Positions 1-8,409 of a stretch of DNA of 58,780 nucleotides are shown one piece after another. This stretch comes from Acidobacteriota bacterium (GTDB lineage: Bacteria > Acidobacteriota > Thermoanaerobaculia > UBA5066 > Gp7-AA6), in contig JANMBR010000100.1 in the NCBI GenBank assembly GCA_031360505.1, forward strand, positions 1 to 58,780. Reading direction: 5' to 3'. Under the pieces are notes generated by a model. That model did not search any database and was not told the origin of the DNA. It saw only the letters and a list, made by a program, of their open reading frames with translations. A program made the translations under genes and the position numbers. Position 1 is the stretch's first letter. Every line of letters begins with the position of its first letter.

Positions 1-55
1 GGAGGACCGCTGTCCTCTCACGCCTTACCACGAGTGCGCGGCCGTGCATTTTTTG

Positions 56-84
56 AAAAAAAATGGGCGGGGGGTTGCCCGCCC
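56..84 (-). terminator. Rho-independent terminator after the 106..1494 CDS
   Basis: On the minus strand, the 7-bp GC stem GGGCGGG/CCCGCCC (65..71 pairs with 78..84) has a 6-nt loop. It is followed by A plus a T8 run (56..63), about 20 nt past the stop codon. Confidence 0.7.
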
Positions 85-105
85 CCCCCACTCCCGAGAA
101 ACAAA

Positions 106-1494
106 TTAGAGACCGGTGCCGGTCGGAATGTCCGGGACCACCGGAACGATCGTCTGGACGCCGGTGATGCCGATCGGGTTGCAGCTGGACGGATCGAGCT
201 GCGTGCCGGGGATCAGGACCGACTCGAGAGCGATCGAACCGAGGAAAGCGTAGCCAACCCACGCCTGGTCGAGCGACGTGCCGCCCGCGAAATCCAACTG
301 GACCCAGCCGGCATCCGCAACCGGGTGCTGGAAGTCCGTGATGTTGCGCTGCTGCGTCTCATACGGGAAGTTGAACTGCGGAGTCGAGCACGGCGAGGGG
401 CACACGCCCTGCGTCACCGTGTTCTCGTCCTCGTCGAAAAACGTGAGGCTCGAGAGGGGCTCTTCCACGTCGCAGTTGCCCGCGAAGCCCGAAGCACGCC
501 ACACCATGTAGTTGGTGGTGATGATGCCGGAGGCCGTGAGGTCGAACCAGCGGCCGGCCCAACGCAGGCCGAGGGGCTCACGCTGGTCGCCGAAGCCTTC
601 GTCCCACGGAGCCGAGATCGAGAGGTCGGTGTCCGGGTTGCCGGATCCGCAGTTCGTGCAGACCGTCTCGTTCGAGAGGTCGAGGTACCGGGCGTAGAAC
701 GTGCGGGCCGGGGCAGCGCCCAGGGACCACGCTTCCGTCGCGACGCCGAACTCGGTGGCCGCCTCGAGGTTCACGGTCGAGATGCCATAGGTCGGCAGAC
801 CGTTGCCCGAGGTGAAGATGATCTCTCCGAACAGGTTGTTCTCCATGCCGATCGCGTCGGCGATGAAGTAGTTCGGGTCGGTCGGATCGGAGAGGTTGCA
901 GTAGTTGGCGTGGTCGATCACGATGTAGCCGATGGCCAGGGGCTCGACGCTGCCGGTGCAGTTCGTCGCCAGCTGCTCGGCGACGGTGAAGAACGTACCC
1001 GTGTAGTTCGTCGTGCCGTTGATGTTGTCCTGGTTGGTCGCCGGAACGTTGGTCGGACCCGTCGGCGAAACGCGCAGGAACCCATCCGGGTTGGGGTACA
1101 CGGCGCCACCGGCGCGCTGGCACACATCGTCGCCAGAGCTGTTGAGGGTGATCGGGAGGTGGCCCGAGATGATCTGGGACATGGCCATCGACTGAACGTC
1201 AAAACCCGTGAGGGCGACGTTGAAGTCGAGGACGATCGACGAGAACCGGTCGTACACGTTGACGTGAGCGATCATCGGCGCCGAAGAGGCGTTTCCGATC
1301 GTCAGGAGCGTGTCGCGGGCTTCGATGCCGCTGCCGACGGGCGTGCCGGTGGCGGGGTCGATGCTGACCTGGAAATACGGCACCAGGAGCGTGGCTCCCG
1401 GACGCTGGTCAAGAGTGCACGTGATGGCAGTCGCGGAGCTCGCAATCGCGAACAACGCAGCGACGGCCAGGCACGTCATGAAAGTCTTCTTCAT
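106..1494 (-). CDS. Exported cysteine-rich hypothetical protein (462 aa), no domain recognised
   Basis: The track ORF 106..1692 is trimmed to the ATG at 1494. That start gives MKKTFMTCLAVAALFAIASSATA (Sec signal peptide) and has GAGGAG 6 nt upstream. The mature part is Asn/Thr/Gly-rich with many Cys. The opposite-strand ORF 34..1497 is Arg-rich junk. Confidence 0.75.
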   Translation of the reverse strand: MKKTFMTCLAVAALFAIASSATAITCTLDQRPGATLLVPYFQVSIDPATGTPVGSGIEARDTLLTIGNASSAPMIAHVNVYDRFSSIVLDFNVALTGFDVQSMAMSQIISGHLPITLNSSGDDVCQRAGGAVYPNPDGFLRVSPTGPTNVPATNQDNINGTTNYTGTFFTVAEQLATNCTGSVEPLAIGYIVIDHANYCNLSDPTDPNYFIADAIGMENNLFGEIIFTSGNGLPTYGISTVNLEAATEFGVATEAWSLGAAPARTFYARYLDLSNETVCTNCGSGNPDTDLSISAPWDEGFGDQREPLGLRWAGRWFDLTASGIITTNYMVWRASGFAGNCDVEEPLSSLTFFDEDENTVTQGVCPSPCSTPQFNFPYETQQRNITDFQHPVADAGWVQLDFAGGTSLDQAWVGYAFLGSIALESVLIPGTQLDPSSCNPIGITGVQTIVPVVPDIPTGTGL

Positions 1495-1650
1495 TGAGAT
1501 CTCCTCGTTACGGTTTACTGTTCGAAAACACACGATTGAGATTACCTTCCCTCGAACGATCCCATCACCTCCCACACTTCGATTTATTACACCTCGTAAA
1601 ACCTGATTTCTGTTCCAGTTGGGGCCGAGGGGCCCCGAGCTATGGATCGG

Positions 1651-1679
1651 ATGATCGCCCCCGAAAAGGCGAGTGTCAA
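1651..1679 (-). promoter_or_regulatory. Candidate sigma-70 promoter for the 106..1494 gene
   Basis: Minus strand: TTGACA (1674..1679), 17 nt spacer, GATCAT (1651..1656). It lies in a locally AT-richer gap and would give a leader of about 150 nt. The -10 box is weak. Confidence 0.3.
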
Positions 1680-1682
1680 GCG

Positions 1683-1704
1683 AAAAAAGCACTTTTTATG
1701 CTTT
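1683..1704 (-). terminator. Weak AT-rich hairpin plus T-run after the FG-GAP lipoprotein gene
   Basis: Minus strand reads AAAGCA-TAAAAAG-TGCTTT followed by TTTT, starting about 38 nt after the stop at 1742. The stem is short and AT-rich, so confidence is low. Confidence 0.3.
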
Positions 1705-1741
1705 CGGATCATAAGTTCCAGCCTAACCATCTACCGATAAA

Positions 1742-3391
1742 TCACTTCTCCCTGTTCAGGTAGATGTTCCAGCCGCCGGATTCATTGGGGGAAGAGGAGC
1801 TGACCGTTCGCGACAGCGCGATGTCGAGGCGGCCGTCGCCGTTCAGGTCGGCGAGGCGCAGCCATTGTCCGAGAGAGGCAATCGCCGGCTCGAGCTTCGG
1901 GTCGAGCTCGGCGAACGAGCCGTCGGGTTGCTGGAAAAGGACCCGCACCCGCCGGCTGCCGTTGTCGGCAAAGACGACGTCGTCCAGGCCATCCCCGTTC
2001 ATGTCGCCCATGGCGATGGCGCTGACCGATGCCTTGCCGCCCTTCTCCCTCCAGACCCGGTGGCGCTCCCACTTGCCGTCGCGCAGGGCGTAGACCGAGA
2101 TTCCGACCGAGCGCGTGGCGTCGGGCACGTTGGCCTGCGCAAAGTACGAATCCGCAAACGCCGCAAGGCGGTCCTTTCTGAAGGTGCCCGGGACCGCCGT
2201 GAAGTGGTAGGCGTAGAGCTCGATCGCGTCGAAAGACACCGGGGCAAAGGTGTCGTCGCCCTGGTTCTTCCAGAGCAGCGTCAGCGCGCCCGTGTAGTTG
2301 CTTCCGGTCAAGATGTCCTTGCGTCCGCCGCCGTCGAAATCCCACGCGCTCAGGGAATTCGAGTAGAAACCTCCAACCAGGGCGTCCTTCTTCCACTCGA
2401 ATCCCTTCTCGCCGCGATTCAGGAAAACGCGAACCTGCTGCCGGTCGATGGTCCCCTTCTGATCCTGGCCCGGACCGTCGCGGGAGGCCACCACGTCGAG
2501 CTTGCCGTCGCCGTCGGAGTCGAGCAGCGCGACGGCCTGCGAGGAAAAGTCCGTCTTGGGAAACCCCTCCCGGACGACGCGGAATCCCCCCTTGCCATCG
2601 CCGTAGAGGGCCACCAGGCCCTTGCCGTGCGAGGCGGAAACGATGTCCATGTTCCCGTCGCCATCGAGGTCGCCCACGGCGACGGCGCCGTAGTCGATCG
2701 TGAAGCGGGGCGCGGGCTTTCCGTCTTCCGTGAACGAAACGGGCATCGGCTTGAAAGCGCCCTTGCCGTTGCCGAGCCAGACGCGCAGCTTTCCGTCGCC
2801 CATCCGGTTCGGCGGCGCAACGATGTCCGCGATTCCGTCGCCGTTCATGTCGGCGACCGCGAACGAAGCGCGCCACATCCCTGCCGCCGGCAGCCCGGAA
2901 TCCGCGACCTCCTCGAGCCGGATGCGCGCGGACGCAACGGGGACTTCGATGTTTTCGAAGTCTTCGGCGCTCACGCCCGGGGTCATGGGCGGCGGCGCAG
3001 TGCTCGGCGCCGGCCCCCCGACCTTGGAGGCCTGCTGCTGCGCGAGCGCCTTCTGCTTCGCCTCGACCTCCTCCGGGAGGAGTTTCGCTTCGGAGGTGTA
3101 GTAGTACTTGTCGTCCTCCTTGTAGATCTCGATCGTGGAGCTCAGGATCGGCAGCCGCACGTGCCGATCGTCGACCTTCACGTAGTCCTGCTTCGGAAGC
3201 GCGCGGATCAAGTAGGTCTCGGTCTCCTCGATGACCGTCGGGTCGAGGCGGGACCGGATCCCGGGCGTCGGCGTCGGGGCCGGACCGGGCGCGGCGGGCA
3301 GTGCGGCGACCGGAGCCGGGGCAGCCGGCTTTCCGGTGGAAGTCGAGCACGCCGCCGCGGCGAGCAGAAGCAGAAAAGAGATCCGTTTCAC
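1742..3391 (-). CDS. FG-GAP/VCBS-repeat lipoprotein (549 aa)
   Basis: The 1742..4372 track ORF is a run-on. The real start is the GTG at 3391 (VKRISFLLLLAAAAC, lipobox) with GAGGAGG 4 nt upstream. It has at least six FG-GAP-type Ca-binding loops: MNGDGIADIV, GDLDGDGNMDIV, LDSDGDGKLDVV, DFDGGGRKDIL, MGDMNGDGLDDVV, LADLNGDGRLDIA. Confidence 0.85.
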   Translation of the reverse strand: MKRISFLLLLAAAACSTSTGKPAAPAPVAALPAAPGPAPTPTPGIRSRLDPTVIEETETYLIRALPKQDYVKVDDRHVRLPILSSTIEIYKEDDKYYYTSEAKLLPEEVEAKQKALAQQQASKVGGPAPSTAPPPMTPGVSAEDFENIEVPVASARIRLEEVADSGLPAAGMWRASFAVADMNGDGIADIVAPPNRMGDGKLRVWLGNGKGAFKPMPVSFTEDGKPAPRFTIDYGAVAVGDLDGDGNMDIVSASHGKGLVALYGDGKGGFRVVREGFPKTDFSSQAVALLDSDGDGKLDVVASRDGPGQDQKGTIDRQQVRVFLNRGEKGFEWKKDALVGGFYSNSLSAWDFDGGGRKDILTGSNYTGALTLLWKNQGDDTFAPVSFDAIELYAYHFTAVPGTFRKDRLAAFADSYFAQANVPDATRSVGISVYALRDGKWERHRVWREKGGKASVSAIAMGDMNGDGLDDVVFADNGSRRVRVLFQQPDGSFAELDPKLEPAIASLGQWLRLADLNGDGRLDIALSRTVSSSSPNESGGWNIYLNREK

Positions 3392-3411
3392 GAAGCCTCC
3401 TCGCTGAAGTC

Positions 3412-3439
3412 GGTTTCCAGGTTTCAGGTTCCACGTTTC
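3412..3439 (-). repeat. 4 x 7-nt tandem array in the 5' leader of the FG-GAP lipoprotein gene
   Basis: Plus strand reads ggtttcc|aggtttc|aggttcc|acgtttc. It contains the 13-mer gtttcaggttcca (3421..3433), which recurs at 9674..9686. Confidence 0.8.
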
Positions 3440-3504
3440 AGGCCCGCCGAAAGCCCGGGCGCAGCGGAAAACCCCGCTGGAGACGGGATTATTCACACGG
3501 GCAC

Positions 3505-4293
3505 TCAGATCAGGTCCGCAAAGTGCGGGCGCGCCCGCGCGAAGAGCGCCGCGCCCACGGCCGCAACGACGAGGCTGAACACCGCGAGGTAAGCCACCGA
3601 AGCCGGGTCCGGCGCCGCGTGCAGCGAAAACGCCCGGCGGTAAAGGTCGACGAGGTGGGCGATCGGGTTGGCCTCGATGACCGGCTGCAGCCGGGCCGGC
3701 ACGAGCGAAGCCGGGTAGACGATCGGCGTCGCGTAAAAGCCGACGGTCAGAACGATCCCGACAGCGTGCACGGTGTCCCGCAGAAAAGCCGTCAGGGTCG
3801 CTGCGATGCAACCCAGGCCGAACGTCAGCAGGACCTGGAAGAACAGGGCCGGAACGATCCAGAGAATCCACGGCCACTGCAGATGGCCGAGCAGCGCCAC
3901 GTAAATCGCGTAGACGAAAAACGCGAGGACCTCGTTGACGACGGCCGCCGCGACGACCGAAAGGACCAGCGTCTCGAGCGGAAAGACCGTCTTCTTGACC
4001 ATCGCCGAGTTGTCGATGAGGCAGGACGCCGAGCGCGCGATCCCTTCCGAGATCGCCATCCACGGCAGCAGTCCCGCCATGAGGAACTCCGGAAAACTCG
4101 CATAGCCCGGACCCGCCGGCACGCGAAGAACCAGCGAGAAGACCGCCGTGTAGAGCGCCATCCAGAGCACGGGAAGGGCAAACGCCCAGAGCAGCCCGAG
4201 GCCCGATCCGGCATACCGGGACCGCACGTCCCGAATGACCATCTCCTTGAGCAGGAAGACTTTGGAGGCCATCGCCCCGTTCTTTCTCAGCAT
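3505..4293 (-). CDS. ABC-2 type exporter permease (Wzm/TagG/KpsM-like), no adjacent ATPase
   Basis: 262-aa ORF with about 6 hydrophobic helices. The N-terminal signature LLKEMVIRDVRSRYAGSGLGLLWAF is typical of ABC-2 permeases. The start could instead be the internal ATG at 4272. Confidence 0.85.
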   Translation of the reverse strand: MLRKNGAMASKVFLLKEMVIRDVRSRYAGSGLGLLWAFALPVLWMALYTAVFSLVLRVPAGPGYASFPEFLMAGLLPWMAISEGIARSASCLIDNSAMVKKTVFPLETLVLSVVAAAVVNEVLAFFVYAIYVALLGHLQWPWILWIVPALFFQVLLTFGLGCIAATLTAFLRDTVHAVGIVLTVGFYATPIVYPASLVPARLQPVIEANPIAHLVDLYRRAFSLHAAPDPASVAYLAVFSLVVAAVGAALFARARPHFADLI

Positions 4294-4309
4294 ATTTTTG
4301 AGCCGCCCG

Positions 4310-4315
4310 ATTATA
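4310..4315 (-). promoter_or_regulatory. Perfect TATAAT -10 box 16 nt upstream of the ABC-2 permease ATG
   Basis: Plus strand attata is TATAAT on the minus strand, inside the AT-rich 63-bp divergent gap 4294..4356. I see no convincing -35 box. The implied leader is under 10 nt. Confidence 0.4.
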
Positions 4316-4356
4316 TGGGCCAGACCTATGTTTTAATAGCATTTCCGAAAACAGCC

Positions 4357-4746
4357 ATGTCCTCCCATTCACCGCGAAAAGTCGCCCTCGTCGGCTCGCG
4401 CATCCGCGAGCTGCGCAAGGGCAGGCACCTCACGCAGACCGAGCTCTCCGAGAAAATCGGAGTGGCGCAGTCCGACCTGTCGCGCATGGAGCAGGGCGAG
4501 TACAAGGTGGGCCTCGACACGCTCTTCAAGATCCTCCAGGTGTTCGAGCTGAAGATGGGCGAGTTCTTCGGGGAAACCGAATCGCCCGTGGAGCGGGAAG
4601 CCCGCGACCTGGCCTCCGAGTTCCAGCACCTCTCGGACGACGCGCGCAAGGAAGTGCGCGACTTCGTCCGCTTCAAGAAGCTCCAGTCGGAGGGCGAGCC
4701 GGAGTCCGGTGACGGGGCTCACTCCGAGCCGGAAGAAAAGCCTTGA
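4357..4746 (+). CDS. XRE-family helix-turn-helix transcriptional regulator (129 aa) with an acidic C-terminal tail
   Basis: The track ORF 3301..4746 is trimmed to the ATG at 4357. The HTH_XRE motif is IRELRKGRHLTQTELSEKIGVAQSDLSRMEQGE. The upstream part of the ORF is antisense to the ABC-2 gene. Confidence 0.85.
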   Translation: MSSHSPRKVALVGSRIRELRKGRHLTQTELSEKIGVAQSDLSRMEQGEYKVGLDTLFKILQVFELKMGEFFGETESPVEREARDLASEFQHLSDDARKEVRDFVRFKKLQSEGEPESGDGAHSEPEEKP

Positions 4747-4768
4747 GTTGCTCGGGCCCTCGCCTAAA

Positions 4769-5701
4769 ATGACTAGCTACGGCCTTGGGCCACCAATCAT
4801 GAGCGACCGGAGAAAGCACCTCGAGTTTCTGCGCAAGACCGCCAAAGACGCGATCTGGAGCGGAGACTATGACCGCGCCCTGACGCTGTACGAAGACGGC
4901 CTCGCGCTGGCCCGCTCCTGGAAGGACCGCGACATCGAGGACCTGTTCACCTGCAACCGGGCCACGACGCTGCTCGAGATGGACCGCCAGGACTTCGACC
5001 TGGCCCGCCTGAAGGAGATCGTGCTTCGCAATCCCTCGAGCTACAACGGAGTGCTGGCCGCCCACACGTGCGCCCACGCGCACGAAGTCCGCAAGGAGTA
5101 CGCGCGCGCTCAGGTCTACGCGAAGAGCGCGCTGCAGCGCAGCCAGGAGCTCGGCTTCCACGAGCTGACCGCAAGCTCCTTCAACATGCTGGGCAACCTC
5201 GAGCTCCACGAGAGCCAGTTCGACTCGGCCCTCGAGCTTTACCAGGAAGCGCTCGGGCACCTCTCGGCCCGCGGCGAGGAAGAGTCCGTGCTCGCGGCGC
5301 AGTACTCCGACAACCTCGGCTACTGCCACATTGCGCTCGACCGGATCCCCGTCGGCCTGCCGCTCGTCTATCGCGCGGTCGAGCTCTTCGAGCGGCACGG
5401 CGCGCGGCAGGCACTCGACTACCCCTGCCTCGATCTCTGCTACGCGAAGCTGAAGACGGGCAACTTCGAAGAGGCCGAGCAGTGGGGCCAGCGCGCCCTC
5501 GACCTCGGCAACGAGTTCGGGCGCGAGGACGTGATCAAGAACTCGCACTACCTGCTCGCCGAGAGCTGCGTCGAGATGGGCCGCGAGCGGGCGGCCGACG
5601 AGCACTACGACGCCCTGGCGAACTACTACCCGAACTTTCCGGCCCTGAAAAACTACCTCCATCAGATCAGCCTGATGGGGATGATCAACCTGAGGGCATG
5701 A
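4769..5701 (+). CDS. TPR-repeat protein (about 300-310 aa)
   Basis: Repeated helical TPR-like units: ALTLYEDGLALARSW, AQVYAKSALQRSQELG, ALELYQEALGHL, EAEQWGQRALDLGNEFG. The start is ambiguous (ATG at 4769 or 4799). The stop overlaps the next start as ATGA. Confidence 0.7.
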   Translation: MTSYGLGPPIMSDRRKHLEFLRKTAKDAIWSGDYDRALTLYEDGLALARSWKDRDIEDLFTCNRATTLLEMDRQDFDLARLKEIVLRNPSSYNGVLAAHTCAHAHEVRKEYARAQVYAKSALQRSQELGFHELTASSFNMLGNLELHESQFDSALELYQEALGHLSARGEEESVLAAQYSDNLGYCHIALDRIPVGLPLVYRAVELFERHGARQALDYPCLDLCYAKLKTGNFEEAEQWGQRALDLGNEFGREDVIKNSHYLLAESCVEMGRERAADEHYDALANYYPNFPALKNYLHQISLMGMINLRA

Positions 5702-6780
5702 TGCGGCGCAATCGGCTCCTGTGGCTCGTCCTGACCGCGGCAATGATCGCGCTGCCGGGCGTGTGCGCGGCACTCGAGGAGCGGTCGCTGCTGACGGCCG
5801 ACGGGACGCTCCACGTCGTGCGCTCGGGCGCGGCCGTGGACCTCGGCGTCGAGGGCGCGGGGATCTCGCCCCAGGCCGAAGTCATCGAGTGGAGCTCGCG
5901 GGCGCAGGACGGGACCGTCTCGGTGGCGATCCTGCCCGGCTCCGTCTCCTACCAGGCCAAGCACGGGCTCGAGCTCGCGTACGACGACCAGACGGCGACG
6001 CTCTTGCTGCTCTGGACCGAGGACGTCTCGGCTTTCTCGCAGATCCGCGTCGGTGTGCTGCGCGCCGGGATCTGGACGAACTCCATGCTGCTTCCGAGCG
6101 CCGGGATCTCCCGCGCGCACAACCCGCAGATGCTGGTCACGCACCGCAACGCCACCTACCTCGACGAACAGGATGTCCCGGTCGCCAAGACGAGCTCGAT
6201 CCTCTCGGTCGTGTGGTGGGAGGAGTCGGCGTTCGCCCAGGCGCGCTACGCCACGCTCTTCCTCGACGAGACGAGCTTCGACCCGACGGCTCTCGCCATC
6301 TACGACCTGCCGAACCTCGTCGGCCCGGGCGGCGAGACCCCCACGCAGGACATTCCGTCGGGCGCCTATCTCTATCCGAGCCTCCAGGCCGACGGCCTCT
6401 CGGGCGGACTGCTGGCGAGCTTCGCCGACCTGCACGAAGGCAAGCACCGGGTCGTCCGCATCGAGTTTCCGCAGGACTGGGGCAAGCCGTCCGAGCCCGA
6501 CAACGTGAACTGGAAGCGCCGGCATACTCCGATCGTCGGCGTGGCGATGAACGGGCCCGACGCGCGAATTACGCCCAACCTGGCCGACCTGCGCGACGGC
6601 GTGCGAACGACGATCGGCACCGGCTACCGCCCGACTCTTTCCTGGCGGGAAGGCGACGCGCTGAAGTTCTCCCGCCTGGACGGCGCCGACTGGGCTCCCG
6701 TGCGCTCGATCGCGATCGACGACGCGATGAGCTACGACCGCGCGCTCGCGCTCGTGACCAGCATGGGCGAGCGCAACTGA
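5698..6780 (+). CDS. Exported hypothetical protein (360 aa)
   Basis: Trimmed from the track ORF 5068..6780 to the ATG at 5698. The start MMRRNRLLWLVLTAAMIALPGVCAA is a signal peptide. It is translationally coupled (ATGA) to the TPR gene. No domain recognised. Confidence 0.7.
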   Translation: MMRRNRLLWLVLTAAMIALPGVCAALEERSLLTADGTLHVVRSGAAVDLGVEGAGISPQAEVIEWSSRAQDGTVSVAILPGSVSYQAKHGLELAYDDQTATLLLLWTEDVSAFSQIRVGVLRAGIWTNSMLLPSAGISRAHNPQMLVTHRNATYLDEQDVPVAKTSSILSVVWWEESAFAQARYATLFLDETSFDPTALAIYDLPNLVGPGGETPTQDIPSGAYLYPSLQADGLSGGLLASFADLHEGKHRVVRIEFPQDWGKPSEPDNVNWKRRHTPIVGVAMNGPDARITPNLADLRDGVRTTIGTGYRPTLSWREGDALKFSRLDGADWAPVRSIAIDDAMSYDRALALVTSMGERN

Positions 6781-6878
6781 CGCTGCGCCCGCAGCGTCAT
6801 CCTGAGCGGCCGCCTCTCGTTTCTCTCTCCCCAAAACAGATACCTCGACGATAAGATCCTCCGTCTTCGGAGGACCGC

Positions 6879-7337
6879 ATGGCCCTGCTCGCAGTGGGTG
6901 ACAAGGCTCCCGCTTTCAAGACGACGGATCAGGACGGCAAGACAGTCTCACTCGGAGACTTCAAGGGCCAGAAGCTCGTCGTGTATTTCTACCCGAAGGA
7001 CGACACGCCCGGATGCACGAAAGAAGCGTGCTCCTTGCGCGACGCCTGGTCGAAGTTCCGCAAGAAAAAGGTCGCGGTGCTCGGCGTTTCCGTGGACGAC
7101 GAGAAGGCACACAGGAAATTCGTCGACAAGTTTTCGCTCCCCTTCACGCTCCTCGCCGATACCGACAAGTCGATCGTGAAGGCCTACGGGGTCTGGGGCG
7201 AGAAGAGCATGTACGGACGCAAGTACATGGGAGTCCACCGCGTCACGTACCTCATCGACGAGAAGGGCAAAATCGCGGCGGTCTGGCCGAAGGTCAAGCC
7301 GGACGGGCACGCGGAGGAGATCCTGGAATCGTTGTAG
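6879..7337 (+). CDS. bcp: Thiol peroxidase Bcp / peroxiredoxin Q
   Basis: 152 aa with the canonical [15 protein letters not shown] peroxidatic-Cys motif and full-length Bcp-like sequence. GGAGG precedes the ATG. Confidence 0.95.
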   Translation: MALLAVGDKAPAFKTTDQDGKTVSLGDFKGQKLVVYFYPKDDTPGCTKEACSLRDAWSKFRKKKVAVLGVSVDDEKAHRKFVDKFSLPFTLLADTDKSIVKAYGVWGEKSMYGRKYMGVHRVTYLIDEKGKIAAVWPKVKPDGHAEEILESL

Positions 7338-7357
7338 GGGAGGGGCTTGCCCCTCCC
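7334..7357. repeat. GTAGGGG-type GC hairpin (family copy A) between convergent bcp and the dnaJ-like gene
   Basis: GTAG then GGGAGGGGC-TT-GCCCCTCCC, a perfect 9-bp stem at 7338..7357. It shares GTAGGGG.GG..C.TTGC with 13447.. and 20967... Confidence 0.75.
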
Positions 7358-7374
7358 GTCCCGCCCCAGGAAGA

Positions 7375-8397
7375 TCACAGCCCCTTCGGCAGCTCCCCTC
7401 TCACGTCCCCCTCGTACAGCGAATCGAGCAGCGTCGCGGCGTCCGTGCCTGCGGGCGTGACGGTCTTCGGGAGCATGATCCGCACCGTATAGATGTGGTC
7501 CCCCGCGTCACCGGTGCGCGGGTCCTTGACGCCCTGGCTGCGCAAGCGAAACTTCTGGCGGCCCTGCGTCCCGGAAGGGACCCTGGCGCGGACGGGACCG
7601 TGGATCGTCGGCACCACGATCTCGGCGCCCGCGTATGCCTCCTTCACCGTGATCGGCACGATCCCGTGGATGTCGTTGCCGTGCCTCTCGAAGTACGCGT
7701 GCGGGGTCACCCGCACCGTCACGTACAGGTCTCCCGGCGGACCGCCCTTGCCGCCCGCTCCGCCTTTTCCGGGCAGGCGGATGGCTCCGCCGTTTTCGGT
7801 GCCCTCGGGAATCCGGACGCGCACGCGCTCGGATTCGGCGACCACGCCTTCGCCCCGGCAGGTCGGGCAAACGCCCTTGCCGGCTCGGCCGGTCGCGCCA
7901 CACGTCGAACACGCGCGCTCGCGGCGCAGTGCGAGCGTGGCCATGCCGCCCAGGACCGCATCGCGAAACGGGACTTCGATCTGGGCCCGGGTGTCTTCGC
8001 CGGCCTGGGGTCCCGCGGGAGACCGCCGTCCGCCCCCGAAGAGGTTGCCGAACAGGTCACCGAGGTCGCCTCCCTCGAAATGGATGCCCTCGAACCCCGG
8101 TCTGCCCCCGAAGCCCCCCTGCCCCGGGCCCCCGGCCGCTCCCCTCGAGTCGAATCCCCCCCCGAAACCGGGCCCCGGGCCGGCATGGCCGAACCGGTCA
8201 TAGGCCCGGCGCTTCTCGTCGTCCTTGAGCACCTCATATGCCTCCTGGACCTCCTGGAAGCGCTTCTGGGCGGCTTTATCGCCCGGATTGACGTCGGGAT
8301 GGAGCTTCCGGGCCAGGCGGCGGTAAGCCTTCTTGATCTCGGCCTCCGAAGCCCCCTTGGAGAGCCCCAGGACCTCGTAGTAATCCCGCTTTGCCAT
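7375..8397 (-). CDS. dnaJ: J-domain co-chaperone, DnaJ-like with a reduced zinc-finger region
   Basis: N-terminal J domain (DYYEVLGL...HPDVNPGD), a G/F-rich linker, and only two CxxCxG motifs ([16 protein letters not shown]) instead of four. A C-terminal substrate-binding region follows. It is not next to dnaK or grpE. Confidence 0.85.
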   Translation of the reverse strand: MAKRDYYEVLGLSKGASEAEIKKAYRRLARKLHPDVNPGDKAAQKRFQEVQEAYEVLKDDEKRRAYDRFGHAGPGPGFGGGFDSRGAAGGPGQGGFGGRPGFEGIHFEGGDLGDLFGNLFGGGRRSPAGPQAGEDTRAQIEVPFRDAVLGGMATLALRRERACSTCGATGRAGKGVCPTCRGEGVVAESERVRVRIPEGTENGGAIRLPGKGGAGGKGGPPGDLYVTVRVTPHAYFERHGNDIHGIVPITVKEAYAGAEIVVPTIHGPVRARVPSGTQGRQKFRLRSQGVKDPRTGDAGDHIYTVRIMLPKTVTPAGTDAATLLDSLYEGDVRGELPKGL

Positions 8398-8409
8398 GCC
8401 CTGGCGGGC

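Noticed and set aside
34-1497. 487-aa plus-strand ORF covering the first gene
   Set aside because: It is extremely Arg/Gly/Asp/Val-rich with no motifs and no RBS. It is exactly antisense to a minus-strand gene that has a signal peptide, RBS and terminator. This is a typical shadow ORF of GC-rich DNA.
1742-4746. Run-on track ORFs 1742..4372 (876 aa) and 3301..4746 (481 aa)
   Set aside because: Each fuses a real gene (FG-GAP lipoprotein; XRE regulator) to an upstream Arg/Pro-rich stretch that overlaps the well-supported ABC-2 permease in another frame. Internal starts with an RBS and lipobox or HTH give sensible proteins.
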